DNA from: Ancalomicrobiaceae bacterium
Lineage (GTDB): Bacteria > Pseudomonadota > Alphaproteobacteria > Rhizobiales > Ancalomicrobiaceae
Direction of reading: 5' to 3'
Length of the DNA stretch: 64,000 nucleotides
NCBI GenBank assembly: GCA_031291595.1
Contig: JARLIU010000221.1
Location: forward strand, 12,558-76,557
Below the pieces are notes generated by a model that ran no database searches, was not told the DNA's origin, and was given only the letters and a program-made list of their open reading frames with translations. This document shows, piece after piece, positions 35,987 through 46,763 of this stretch. Every line of letters starts with the position of its first letter. Positions within the stretch are counted from its first letter, which is position 1. A program made the translations under genes and the position numbers.

Positions 35987-36295
35987 TCAGCTGTTGGAGC
36001 GCTGGCGCCGGGCGGTCGTCGTCGCAGCCGGCTTGTCGGCGCCGACGTGGGGCGCAATCGCCGGAACATAGCCCATGGCGGCGAGCGCCAATGACGAGAA
36101 ATAGCCGACCTGCAGCAGCATCACGGCGATGCCGGCGGTGATCGCGGCGGATGCGACGCTGGCCTGACCAGCCAGGGCCTCGGCGGCGAAGAACACGATG
36201 GCCGCCATCGCAGTGAGCGCCACTGCCTTGACGTTGAAGCGCAGCCCGATGAGCGAGCCTGCCAGGAATGAGATTGCCGCGGTCAACAGCATCAT
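35987..36295 (-). CDS. small membrane protein (102 aa), unknown function
   Basis: Lies within ORF 35987..36325. Three hydrophobic segments (MMLLTAAISFLAGSLIGL, AVALTAMAAIVFFAAEAL, ITAGIAVMLLQVGYFSSLALAAMG). Confidence 0.5.
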   Translation of the reverse strand: MMLLTAAISFLAGSLIGLRFNVKAVALTAMAAIVFFAAEALAGQASVASAAITAGIAVMLLQVGYFSSLALAAMGYVPAIAPHVGADKPAATTTARRQRSNS

Positions 36296-36473
36296 GCGGG
36301 CCCCTCGGTACGCGCCGACGCGCACCGCGCGCTCGACACCGGTAGCCTACAGGCTAGCCGGAAAGACTTAACGGAAACTCAACTTTTGGCGTAGCAGCGC
36401 GTGGTTGTGTCGGCAAGTCTTCAACCGTGACCGATCGCCGCGCTTTGATGTATCGCGTGATCCGTTACAGTCC

Positions 36474-36677
36474 CTACACGTCGATGCCGGTCCACTCCGG
36501 TGCGAGGCGGTCGACGATATGGCCCTCGCAGGCGGAACGATCGAGCATGAGCGGGCCGGCGGTCAGCGCCAGATCGACCTTGAGCTGCCCGAAGACTTGG
36601 CTGAAATGGGCGGATGCCGGCGGACCAACAAGCATAGCGGCCGCGACGATAGTGATTGTGAGGACGAACCTGCGCAT
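36474..36677 (-). CDS. small secreted protein (67 aa)
   Basis: Signal peptide MRRFVLTITIVAAAMLVGPPASA. GGAGG lies 6 nt upstream of the ATG. Confidence 0.55.
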   Translation of the reverse strand: MRRFVLTITIVAAAMLVGPPASAHFSQVFGQLKVDLALTAGPLMLDRSACEGHIVDRLAPEWTGIDV

Positions 36678-36911
36678 AGACGCCTCCAGTTCTTGGCTGT
36701 TGGCGAGACTAGCGGCTTATCGATAATGATCGGTGTGCGACGGGGTGCCGAAACTGCCTAAATGGCGTCAAGCTTTACATAGTGTTGCTGAAGTCGTTCA
36801 AATGCCGGGGAATGGCCGCGAATGGATCGGCGAGAGGAAAATGCAGCCCCTCGATCGGCATCGGCTCGATGGCCACGCCGTTGCCGGACACGACGAACTC
36901 CCGCGGCGGCG

Positions 36912-38222
<1,311 letters not shown>

Positions 38223-38437
38223 CTATAGCCGGCTGCGCGTTCGCAAAATGCCGTGGCCGCCATCGAGCGGTCCCCGGTTGATCGGGCGGTCTTGTACAAT
38301 AAACGTGAACTCTTATGTGCGTGGGCGACGGACCCGGCGGAGACCGACGCGAGGCCGGTGTCGACGCGCGCCCTGCCCTTCCATCACGCCGCGCAGACAA
38401 TTGCCTCCAAATCCCTCCGTCGCAAAGGACTGCTCCG

Positions 38438-39070
38438 ATGATCACGTTGTATACTTGGTCCACGCCGAACGGCCGCAAGGTTTCCGTCGCGCTGGAAGAG
38501 ATGGAACTCGCCTACGAGGTGAAGACGATCAATATCGGCAAGGGAGAACAGTTCGACCCGGCTTTCCTGAAAGTGGCGCCGAACAACCGCATCCCGGCAA
38601 TTGTCGACCACGATGCCGTCGGCGGGCCACTGTCGCTGTTCGAATCCGGCGCCATCCTGACCTACCTGGCGGAAAAGACCGGCAAATTCCTGCCGGCTTC
38701 AGGGCATGCCCGCTACCGGGTGTTGGAGTGGCTCAACTGGCAGATGGGTGGCGTCGGCCCGATGTTCGGCCAGGCCAACCATTTCGTCAACTATGCGCCG
38801 GAGCGGGTGCCCTACGGCATCACCCGTTATGTCAACGAGACGAAGCGGCTCCTCGGCGTGCTCGACCGGCGTCTCGCCGAGGTCGACTGCTTGGCCGGCG
38901 ACTATTCGATCGCCGACATGATGACCTACCCGTGGGTGGCGTCGTCGCTCGGCGGCATCGCTGACGAGCTCGGCTATGCCGACGCCGATCTGCCGAACGT
39001 CAAGCGCTGGATGGCCGTCCTTGCGGTTCGCCCGGGCGTGCAGCGCGGCATGGTCGTACCTATCATCTGA
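38438..39070 (+). CDS. Nu-class glutathione S-transferase (YfcG/YghU-like)
   Basis: Lies within ORF 38315..39070. MITLYTWSTPNGRKVSVALEEMELAYEVKTINIGKGEQFDPAFLKVAPNNRIPAIVDH parallels E. coli YfcG as I remember it. Confidence 0.85.
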   Translation: MITLYTWSTPNGRKVSVALEEMELAYEVKTINIGKGEQFDPAFLKVAPNNRIPAIVDHDAVGGPLSLFESGAILTYLAEKTGKFLPASGHARYRVLEWLNWQMGGVGPMFGQANHFVNYAPERVPYGITRYVNETKRLLGVLDRRLAEVDCLAGDYSIADMMTYPWVASSLGGIADELGYADADLPNVKRWMAVLAVRPGVQRGMVVPII

Positions 39071-39108
39071 GCCGACCCGGACTTATGAGACTTCGGCCTT
39101 GGAAGAGT

Positions 39109-39136
39109 AATTTGCCGGCGTATTAGCCGGCAAATT
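39109..39136. terminator. perfect 11-bp stem hairpin between convergent GST and ribBX genes (probable bidirectional terminator)
   Basis: AATTTGCCGGC-GTATTA-GCCGGCAAATT. A/T-rich flanks on both sides, but no long U tract. Confidence 0.45.
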
Positions 39137-39309
39137 ATTTGGCAACAGCGCACGATTTGCCGCCCAGCCCAGACGTCATTGCGCGCGCGAAGCGAAGCAA
39201 TCTAGAATAAGGCAACCGAAACGCCCAGTGGCCTTGTGGATTGCTTCTGCTCACGCTCGCCATTGACGGCGGCGCTGTACCGAGCTCCGCCGGATTGCCC
39301 GGTCCTATA

Positions 39310-40665
39310 TTACAGCGACTCGGTCGAGGTGATCTCGATGCCAAAACCCTCGAGGCCGATGTAGCGGCGCGGCTTCGACGAGATGAGCTTGATCGAGCCG
39401 ACCCCAAGTTCCTTGAGGATCTGCGCGCCGAGGCCGATCTCACGCCAGTTCTCGGACCGGACACTCGCCGACGAATGCGCCTCGCCTTCGGCCGAGGCGA
39501 GCGATTCCGGGCTGATGCTTCCCTCCGCGCCGTCCGACTTGGGCCTGAGGCTCGACGACGTCACGCCGACCGATCCCTCGCGCAGGTAGACGATGACGCC
39601 GCGTCCCGTCTTGCCGAAGCGCTCCACCAACTTCTGGATCGGCGGCTCGGTGCCGAAGACGTCGGACACGACGCTTTCGAGATGCAGCCGCACCGGCACG
39701 TCGCGGCCGTCGCGAATGTCGCCGAACACCACGGCGAGGTGGTGCATCGGATCGAAGGGCGAAGCATAGACGACAGCCCTGGCGCGGCCGCCGGCGGTCG
39801 CCACGTCGAATTCGTCGACGCGGTTGATCAGCCGCTCGTTGCGCTGGCGATAGGCGATCAGTTCGGCGATGGAGACGCTCGGCAAGCCATGCTCGGCGGC
39901 AAAGGCTGCGACGTCGGGGCCACGCTTCACGGTGCCGTTGTCGTTGACGAGCTCGGAGAGGACGCCGATCTGCGGCAGGCCGGCCAGCCGGCAGAGGTCG
40001 ATGGCGGCCTCGGTGTGGCCGGAGCGGGTCAGCACGCCGCCGTCGCGGGCGATCAGCGGGAAGACATGTCCGGGGCGGACGAAGTCGGTCGAGCCGACGT
40101 TCGGATTGGTCAGCGCCCTGACCGTCTGGCAGCGCTCTTCTGCCGAAATGCCGGTGGTCAGCCCGTGGCGATAGTCGATCGACACGGTGAAGGCGGTCTG
40201 CAACGGCGCGTCGTTCGACGCCACCATCGGCGTCAGCGCCAGATGGCGGGCGTGCTCGCGGGTGATCGGCGTGCAGACGATGCCAGAGGTATAACGAACG
40301 AAGAACGCCAGCTTTTCCGGCGTGGCGTGGACCGCTGCCATGATCAGGTCGCCCTCATTCTCGCGATCGTCGTCGTCGGTGACGACGACGATTTCCCCGC
40401 GCTCGAAGGCTCTGATGGCCTCAGCTACTCTCGATTGCGACATGGCGTCGTCCTTGGTCGTTGCGGCCTCGGAGACAAGGCCGAGAAAATCGTTGGGCGT
40501 CACTTCGCCGTCGGTGGCCGCAATGATGCGTTCCGCCGTCTCCCGGCTGATCCAAGCGCCGCCGTCGTTGCAGAGCTGCGTGATGGCGGCCGGCGACAGT
40601 CCGACGCGCCGGGCAAAGCCCGAACGGGTTTCGTTGCGTCGATAGAGCCATTCATCCAGCCGCAT
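39310..40665 (-). CDS. ribB: RibBX-type protein (DHBP synthase + degenerate GTP cyclohydrolase II-like domain) with an in-frame 74-aa Cro/YdaS-like HTH N-terminal extension
   Basis: RibB text DDDDRENEGDLIMAA..TSGIVC..HGLTTGISAEER..RPGHVFPL..RSGHTEAA. The C-domain reads VRLHLESVVSDVFGT where RibA has ..HSECLTGDVFGS.RCDCG (Zn cysteines absent). The N-terminus MRLDEWLYRRNETRSGFARRVGLSPAAITQLCNDGGAWISRETAERIIAATDGEVTPNDF is HTH-like. The internal ATG at 40443 has an AAGGA SD. Confidence 0.8.
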   Translation of the reverse strand: MRLDEWLYRRNETRSGFARRVGLSPAAITQLCNDGGAWISRETAERIIAATDGEVTPNDFLGLVSEAATTKDDAMSQSRVAEAIRAFERGEIVVVTDDDDRENEGDLIMAAVHATPEKLAFFVRYTSGIVCTPITREHARHLALTPMVASNDAPLQTAFTVSIDYRHGLTTGISAEERCQTVRALTNPNVGSTDFVRPGHVFPLIARDGGVLTRSGHTEAAIDLCRLAGLPQIGVLSELVNDNGTVKRGPDVAAFAAEHGLPSVSIAELIAYRQRNERLINRVDEFDVATAGGRARAVVYASPFDPMHHLAVVFGDIRDGRDVPVRLHLESVVSDVFGTEPPIQKLVERFGKTGRGVIVYLREGSVGVTSSSLRPKSDGAEGSISPESLASAEGEAHSSASVRSENWREIGLGAQILKELGVGSIKLISSKPRRYIGLEGFGIEITSTESL

Positions 40666-40810
40666 GTCGGCAATGTAGGACGCGACGGGTTCGTTGGCAA
40701 TGAATGGCGGAAGCGATTTTAAGTGAGACTGAAAGCGAGATTGCTCAAGAGGGTCCGCTTGCGCAATGCAGGCAGTCGGCAGTTGGGCAATTGGGTTTCG
40801 TTGTCGCGAT

Positions 40811-40954
40811 ACCCCTCTCCCGCCCTTCGGGCACCCTCCCCCACAAGGGGGGAGGGGGATGGGGCACCATCTCGACTACCACGAAAGTCCAAACTCGCGG
40901 TTCCTTCGCCCTCCCCCCTGGTGGGGGAGGGTGCCCGAAGGGCGGGAGAGGGGT
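40811..40954. repeat. GC-rich palindromic intergenic repeat, copy 2 (after the last permease gene, before ribBX)
   Basis: Left arm acccctctcccgcccttcgggcaccctcccccac and right arm gtgggggagggtgcccgaagggcgggagaggggt are exact reverse complements. The left unit matches copies 1 and 3. Confidence 0.9.
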
Positions 40955-40977
40955 AATCCGGGCAAGGATAACCGGAT

Positions 40978-41823
40978 CTACCTGATCCCTGCCCGCATGA
41001 ACGACTGCACGAACTGCCGCTGGAAGATCAGGAAGCCGACGAGCAGCGGCCCGGAGGTCATCAGCGTCGCGGCGGTGATGATCGACCAGTCGACGCCCTG
41101 GTCGGGCGTGGCGAACACCTGCAGCCCGACGGTGACAGGGCGGGTCTCGACCGAATTGGTGATGATCAGCGGCCAGAGGAAGTTGTTCCAGTGGTAGCTG
41201 ACCGAGACGAGGCCGTAGGCGAGGTAGACGGGACGGGCGAGCGGCATATAGACGCGCCACAAGACGCCGAGCGCCGAGCAGCCCTCGATGCGGGCGGCAT
41301 CGTCCAATTCCTGCGGCACCTGCTTGAACGTCTGGCGCAGGAGGAAGATGCCGAAGGCCGAGGCCATGTACGGCAGCGCCATGGCGGCAATGCTGTCGAC
41401 GAGCCCCAGCATGTGCATGGTGTTGTAATTGGCGACCAGCAGCATATCGGGCGAGATGAGAAGCTGCACCAGCACCAGGCCGAACAGCACGTCGCGGCCG
41501 AAAAACGCATAGCGGGCGAAGGCGAAGGCGGCGAGCGTCGCCAGCACGAACTGCCCGACGAGCACCATGCTGACGAGCAACACCGTGTTGAGGAAATAGC
41601 GGGCAAAGGGCGCCGCATTCCAGGCCTTGACGAAGTTTTCCAGCGTCAGCGGCGCCGTCAGGTCGAAATGCGCGGAATAGGCGGCCGGGTGGAAGGCGGC
41701 CCACAGCGCATACAGCAACGGCGAAATCCACAACACTCCGAGCAGCCAGGCGCCGAGCGTCTCGACGATGGCACCGATGCGGTTCTCGGCCGGAAGTGGG
41801 AGCGTGGCGGCAGCGTCGGTCAT
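40978..41823 (-). CDS. carbohydrate ABC transporter permease (MalG-type)
   Basis: The last 281 codons of ORF 40978..42795, starting at MTDAAATLPLPAENRIG (overlaps the upstream stop, ATGA). EAA motif DAARIEGCSALGVLWRVYMPLARP. Confidence 0.85.
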   Translation of the reverse strand: MTDAAATLPLPAENRIGAIVETLGAWLLGVLWISPLLYALWAAFHPAAYSAHFDLTAPLTLENFVKAWNAAPFARYFLNTVLLVSMVLVGQFVLATLAAFAFARYAFFGRDVLFGLVLVQLLISPDMLLVANYNTMHMLGLVDSIAAMALPYMASAFGIFLLRQTFKQVPQELDDAARIEGCSALGVLWRVYMPLARPVYLAYGLVSVSYHWNNFLWPLIITNSVETRPVTVGLQVFATPDQGVDWSIITAATLMTSGPLLVGFLIFQRQFVQSFMRAGIR

Positions 41824-42695
41824 CGATAGTGCACCCGCCGGTCGAGGAAGAAGAATTGCAAAAGCGCGGCGGCGCCGAGGCCGGCAAGCAGCACCATCGT
41901 CAGCGCCGCGGCATAGCCCTGGTCCCAGAACGAAAAGCCGACCAGATAGATTTGGTAGAGCAGCACGTTGGTGGCATTGTCCGGCCCGCCGCCGGTCAAC
42001 ACGAAGATGTGGTCGACGGTGCGGAAGGCATTGATCACGGCGTTGATGAGGACGAACAGCGTCGTCGGCATCAACAGCGGCAGCACGACGCGTCTGAGGA
42101 TCTGCCAGCGGCCGGCGCCTTCGATTGCCGCCGCCTCGACCAGATCGGGCGGAATAGTCTGCAGCGCCGCCAGATAGAAGATCATGAAGAAGCCGGCTTC
42201 CTTCCAGATGGCGACGACGATGACGCACCACAGCGCGGTTTGCTGCTGGCCGAGGAAATTCGGCGCCGTCAGCCCGACCAGTTGCAGCAGCTGATCGATG
42301 GCACCGTAGTTGGGGTTGAAGAAGAACAGCCAGATATTGGCGACCGCCACCATCGGCAGCACGGTCGGGGTGAAGAACGCCATGCGCATCAGCGGCCGGC
42401 CGGGAATGCGGCCATTGACGATCAGCGCCATCAACAGCGCCAGCGCGATCGAGATGGGGATGGTGGCGCCGGCATAGATCAGGTTGTTGGTGAGCGCCTT
42501 CCAGAACACCGGATCGCCGGCCATGGCGGCGTAATTGTCGAGGCCGACGAAGTGCGACGGCCGGTGCTTCTTCGGCGTCGACATGAAACTGTCGAAAAGC
42601 GTGACGACGATCGGGTAATGCGTGAACAAGACGAGCAACACCATGGCCGGCAGTGCCAGCAGCCAGGCGTGAAGAGTGGTGAAGCGGCCGTGCAT
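41820..42695 (-). CDS. carbohydrate ABC transporter permease (MalF-type)
   Basis: 291 aa. EAA motif EAAAIEGAGRWQILRRVVLPLLMP. Confidence 0.85.
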   Translation of the reverse strand: MHGRFTTLHAWLLALPAMVLLVLFTHYPIVVTLFDSFMSTPKKHRPSHFVGLDNYAAMAGDPVFWKALTNNLIYAGATIPISIALALLMALIVNGRIPGRPLMRMAFFTPTVLPMVAVANIWLFFFNPNYGAIDQLLQLVGLTAPNFLGQQQTALWCVIVVAIWKEAGFFMIFYLAALQTIPPDLVEAAAIEGAGRWQILRRVVLPLLMPTTLFVLINAVINAFRTVDHIFVLTGGGPDNATNVLLYQIYLVGFSFWDQGYAAALTMVLLAGLGAAALLQFFFLDRRVHYR

Positions 42696-42732
42696 GGGCG
42701 CGTCGTTGCTCCGGGATCCTATGTGCAGTCGT

Positions 42733-42879
42733 CCCCCTCTCCCGCCCGTCGGGCACCCTCCCCCACAAGGGGGGAGGGGGATGGGGCTCGATCACGATCT
42801 ATCGGAACCGCTCGATCTCGCTGCTCCTGCGCCTTCTCCCCTCGTGAGAGAAGGTGCCCGAAGGGCCGATGAGGGGGGT
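42733..42879. repeat. GC-rich palindromic intergenic repeat, copy 3 (between binding-protein and permease genes)
   Basis: ccccctctcccgcccgtcgggcaccctcccccacaaggggggaggggg ... ccttctcccctcgtgagagaaggtgcccgaagggccgatgaggggggt. Same unit family as copies 1 and 2, with a degenerate inverted right arm. Confidence 0.85.
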
Positions 42880-42912
42880 ACCGGTATGGAACGTTGCCTT
42901 CCTCAGGAGCGT

Positions 42913-44211
42913 TCAGCGATAGTCCTTGAGAATCCGGTCGGCTTCCTTCTGCGCGTCATCGAGCGCGGCCTTCGGCGTCTTGGAGCCGGTCATGGCGGCG
43001 CCGATGGCATCGTTCAGCGCCTTGGTGACGCGCTGGTTGTCGTGGGCGGTCACTTCGGAGACGGCGTATTGCAGCTGGTCGCGGGCAACGGCGGCCTGCG
43101 GCACCTCAGCCACATAGTCCTTCATCGCCTTGGTTTCCCAGGCGGCCGGCGACGGTGCGACATAGCCGGTCTTGATCGACCAGTCGGCGGCACGCTCCGG
43201 CGTCGTCATGAACTTGACGAACTCGAAGGTGGCCTTCTGCTTCTCCGGCGAGAGGCCCTTGAAGATGTAGAAATTACCGCCGCCGGTCGGAGCGCCCCAA
43301 TGCGCCTTGGCCGGCAGGAAGCCGACGCCGAACGGGAACTTGGCATTGCTGCGCACGTTGGTCAGCGACCCGGTGGTGTGCCACATCATGGCGATCTTGC
43401 CTTCGAGGAAGTCCTTGGGTGTCGCCCCCCAGTCGGTCAGGCCCTTCGGCTGCACGCCGGCCGTCGACAGGCCGACCAGATAGTCCAGCGCCTCGACCGC
43501 CTTCGGATCGTTGAAGAAGGTCTTGTTGCCTTCGGCGTTGATCAGCTTGACGTCGTTGGCGGTGGTGAGGCCCGTCCACAGCCAGGCGCCATTGCCGTTG
43601 GTCGGGATCTGGATGCCCCACTGGCTGACGTTGCCGGAAGCGTCCTTCTTGGTCAGCTTCTTGGCGAAGTCCATCATCTCGGCCCAGTTGGCCGGAGCCT
43701 TGTCGGGATCGAGGCCGGCGGCCTTGAACGCGGCCTTGTTCCAGTAGAGCACCGGGGTCGAGCGCTGGAATGGCGCGGCGACGATCTTGCCGTTCACCCG
43801 GGCGTTCTCGAGGTAGGCCGGATAGAAGCCGTTGAGCCAAGCCTTGTCCTCGGGCGTAGTGGCCAGATCTTCGATCGGCACGACCACGTCTTCATCGGTC
43901 AGCGTGTAAAGATCGGCGGCGAGCATGATGGCGCATTCCGGCGCATCGCCCCCCTTCACGGCCGTCAATGCCTTGGCGACGGTCTGGACGTAGTCGCCGG
44001 TGTAGATCGGCTTGACCTTGATGCCGGGGTGCGATGCTTCGAACTCCTGGGCATAGCCGTCGATGATCTTGGTCAGCGGGCCATTGACGGCGATCGGATA
44101 GAAAAAGCGGATCTCGACGTCGGCGCGGGCAACGCCTGTCGACAGCCCCAGGGCGCAGAACGCGCCGAGGGCGCCGACAAACAGGCGACGAGATGCGGTC
44201 AGGCAGGTCAT
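42913..44211 (-). CDS. ABC transporter extracellular solute-binding protein (family 1, sugar-type)
   Basis: 432 aa. Signal peptide MTCLTASRRLFVGALGAFCALGLSTGVARA. Typical text VLYWNKAAFKAAGLDPDKAPANWAEM. Confidence 0.85.
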   Translation of the reverse strand: MTCLTASRRLFVGALGAFCALGLSTGVARADVEIRFFYPIAVNGPLTKIIDGYAQEFEASHPGIKVKPIYTGDYVQTVAKALTAVKGGDAPECAIMLAADLYTLTDEDVVVPIEDLATTPEDKAWLNGFYPAYLENARVNGKIVAAPFQRSTPVLYWNKAAFKAAGLDPDKAPANWAEMMDFAKKLTKKDASGNVSQWGIQIPTNGNGAWLWTGLTTANDVKLINAEGNKTFFNDPKAVEALDYLVGLSTAGVQPKGLTDWGATPKDFLEGKIAMMWHTTGSLTNVRSNAKFPFGVGFLPAKAHWGAPTGGGNFYIFKGLSPEKQKATFEFVKFMTTPERAADWSIKTGYVAPSPAAWETKAMKDYVAEVPQAAVARDQLQYAVSEVTAHDNQRVTKALNDAIGAAMTGSKTPKAALDDAQKEADRILKDYR

Positions 44212-44264
44212 CCGGTTCTCCCTTCGAGAATGAGATGCGATCGGCGGACGTCTGGCCGGTTGGT

Positions 44265-45275
44265 TCAGACGTGTTCAAATTGGCGCGCAACGGGGCGACG
44301 CTGCTCGCGGATGTCGAAATGGTGCTCGGCGGCATCGTCCCAGCTAAGGCCAACGGTCTCGCCGCGCTTCAGCAAAGACGCGCCGGCAACGCGAGCGATG
44401 AGCGAAAGGCCCTGCCACTCGACCGAGACGAGCGTATCGGCGCCGAGATATTCGATACCGGCGACACTGCCGGACAGTCGGCCGGCGCCGGAGGTCAGCT
44501 TGAGATCTTCCGCACGGATGCCGACGGTGCCGCTCTCGTCCGGCGCCGGGATGAAGTTCATCGGCGGCAGGCCGACGAAGCGGGCGGCAAACATGGTCCG
44601 CGGCCGCTCGTACAGGTCGGCCGGCGTGCCATCCTGCTCGATGCGGCCGTCTTTCATCAGGATGACGCGATCGGCCATGGTCATGGCCTCGATCTGGTCG
44701 TGCGTCACATAGAGCATGGTCATGCCAAGCCGCTGCTGCAGCTCGCGGATCTCGACGCGCATCTCGTGGCGGAGTTTGGCATCGAGGTTCGATAGCGGCT
44801 CGTCCATCAGGCAGACCGGCCGCTCGGAGATGATGGCGCGGGCCAGCGCCACCCGCTGGCGCTGGCCGCCGGAGAGTTGGCCGGGCTTGCGCGCGAGGTA
44901 CGGCGTCAGGCCGACGATATCGGCGACACGGGCGAGCCGCTGCTGCCGTTCGGCCTTGGAGACGCCGCGCACTTCCAGCCCGAAGGTGATGTTGCGGGCG
45001 ACGTCCAGATGCGGGAACACCGCATAGGATTGGAACACCATCGAGATCTGCCGCTGCGACGGCCCGAGCCGCGTGACGTCATGGCCGTGGATGGAAATCG
45101 AGCCGGCGCTCGGCGGTTCCAGTCCGGCGATCAGCCGCAACGTCGTCGACTTGCCGCAGCCCGACGGACCGAGCAGTACGACGAATTCGCCCGAGGACAC
45201 GGTGAAGCTGACGCCGTCGACCGCCTTATGCGGCCCGAAGGCCTTCGTCAGATTGGCGACCGTGATCTCAGACAC
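44265..45275 (-). CDS. ABC transporter ATP-binding protein (MalK/UgpC-type)
   Basis: Lies within ORF 44265..45332. Walker [10 protein letters not shown], signature [14 protein letters not shown], Walker [13 protein letters not shown]. Start placed at GTG 45275 (VSEITVANLTKAF). The upstream ATG at 45332 is the alternative. Confidence 0.85.
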   Translation of the reverse strand: MSEITVANLTKAFGPHKAVDGVSFTVSSGEFVVLLGPSGCGKSTTLRLIAGLEPPSAGSISIHGHDVTRLGPSQRQISMVFQSYAVFPHLDVARNITFGLEVRGVSKAERQQRLARVADIVGLTPYLARKPGQLSGGQRQRVALARAIISERPVCLMDEPLSNLDAKLRHEMRVEIRELQQRLGMTMLYVTHDQIEAMTMADRVILMKDGRIEQDGTPADLYERPRTMFAARFVGLPPMNFIPAPDESGTVGIRAEDLKLTSGAGRLSGSVAGIEYLGADTLVSVEWQGLSLIARVAGASLLKRGETVGLSWDDAAEHHFDIREQRRPVARQFEHV

Positions 45276-45557
45276 TGAGCCGAACCTCGCCGGTTGCAGA
45301 TGGGTAGACTGCCGTTGAACCAATAGAGGCATGAGCTGCCGGCCGGTTGCAGGCGATCGGCGGCCTCAAGGCTCCTGCCCTACGGTGGTTCGATGACGGT
45401 CATGTGTCACATTCCGGCCCGGGCCCGGCAACGCGCACCTTGTCGCGGCGTCGCCCGCAAACGGCCGCGGCAATGCGGCACGGCTGCCGAGCGGAGCGAA
45501 TTCGACATTCGCTCAAGCACGTGCGGCTGGTGGGGCGCAAATGTCGGAGTTGGACCA

Positions 45558-46253
45558 CTAGAAGTCGGGCAGCGTCTGCCGCCACAGGCCGAGGCCCTTG
45601 GCGCGGGCTGCGGCTTCGATCGCCTTCAACTCGGCATTGGCGAGCGCGTCCGCCGCGGCCCAACCCTCGCCGACCATCAGGCGGGCGAGATCCTTGTCGC
45701 CGACCGAACAGTCCGCGAGCATGACGTCGGCCCCGGCGGCGCTGCGACGGCGGCAGGTGAGCGGACGGCCGGCAAGCCTGGAGATGAAGAAAGCGTTGGC
45801 ACGCACCCCGCAAGCCCAGCGTCCTCCCGACGGCAACTCGCAGACACGATCGCGCGGCGGCAGTTCGATGCCGTAGATGCGCACCTGCAGACCGTCGGCG
45901 GAGAAACTGCCATCCGGGCGGATGCGGATCGGGCGATCGGCGATGAGAATCATGCGCTCGTCCGCCCCGGTGTCTGTCTCTATGCGCTCGCGGTGGTCGT
46001 TCTGATGCTCGATGCGGGTCGGTACGTCTGTCCAGATTGGCGGTTGCGGCGGCGAATTGGCGGCCGACGCGGGCGCGGCGGCGAGCGGCGGCAGGGCGCC
46101 GACCAGAAACAGCGCCAGGATGGCGCGGATCGGCGCGCCGGGCGAGCGGACGCTGACCGGCAGTCTGTTCGGACGGTGGTCCGGCCGCCGACGTGGCCGG
46201 CGACCCAGCCACCGATGGGCTGACGGCCGGTTCGATCCGGTCTCGCGCATCAT
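45558..46253 (-). CDS. thermonuclease (SNase-like) family protein, exported
   Basis: RIYGIELPP...CE..SGGRWACG..A...L..L..GR.LTC.......G...LADCSVG.KDLARLMVGEGWA pattern of staphylococcal-nuclease homologues. Hydrophobic leader ILALFLVGALPPLAAAPASA. Confidence 0.65.
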   Translation of the reverse strand: MMRETGSNRPSAHRWLGRRPRRRPDHRPNRLPVSVRSPGAPIRAILALFLVGALPPLAAAPASAANSPPQPPIWTDVPTRIEHQNDHRERIETDTGADERMILIADRPIRIRPDGSFSADGLQVRIYGIELPPRDRVCELPSGGRWACGVRANAFFISRLAGRPLTCRRRSAAGADVMLADCSVGDKDLARLMVGEGWAAADALANAELKAIEAAARAKGLGLWRQTLPDF

Positions 46254-46564
46254 TCGCCTCGCACGGAGCCGTGTTGGCTAGGCGTCGGCTGCCGATCTTT
46301 CGCGACCTGTCGCGCCCGGCCGCGCCCCCGCCGACCGGCAGTCTGCACCATTGCGGCGCTGGCGCAAACGGGTGCCCGCTCGAGCGAGGCGGCCTCAGCC
46401 AAACCGTTCCAGGGCCGTCTGGCGCGTGACGCCCAGGGCGCTAGACCTTTCAAGCCGGCACAATGCGGAGGAGCATCGGCGTGCGGTCTGCGCTGCCGCT
46501 TCGATCCGGCGGTCCACAGCCGCGGATTTTCGCGGTATGCTTGGCGCCCGCGAACCGCCGGACA

Positions 46565-46645
46565 TTGACAGGTGGGCCGGGTCTCAATATGGTCCGCGCC
46601 CGAATGCGACAGAGCGCGGGAAGCGGCCGCGCTCTCTGTCGTTTT
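46565..46645 (+). promoter_or_regulatory. sigma70-type promoter followed by a terminator-like hairpin upstream of rpmJ
   Basis: TTGACA (46565-70), 17-nt spacer, TATGGT (46588-93). Then a 13-bp stem (46607-19 pairs with 46627-41, with a 2-nt bulge) followed by TTTT (46642-45). The rpmJ ATG lies 119 nt further on. Confidence 0.45.
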
Positions 46646-46763
46646 AGGGGTTCCAACGGTCAAGTTCGTCCGGCGACGGGCGATGAGCGGGCGGGGCGAA
46701 CCGGCGGACGGAACGTTCGCTCGGGCGGCCGGGTCGCGACAATCAGGCAATCGGTGAGAAGTC

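Noticed and set aside
40666-40810. FMN riboswitch upstream of the ribB-type gene
   Set aside because: I could not find the conserved RFN core segments by eye, and the region immediately upstream of the RibB domain is coding (the HTH extension).
41824-42795. N-terminal 324 codons of the 605-aa ORF 40978..42795
   Set aside because: Off-frame read across the MalF-type permease gene (41820..42695). The real MalG-type permease starts at 41823.
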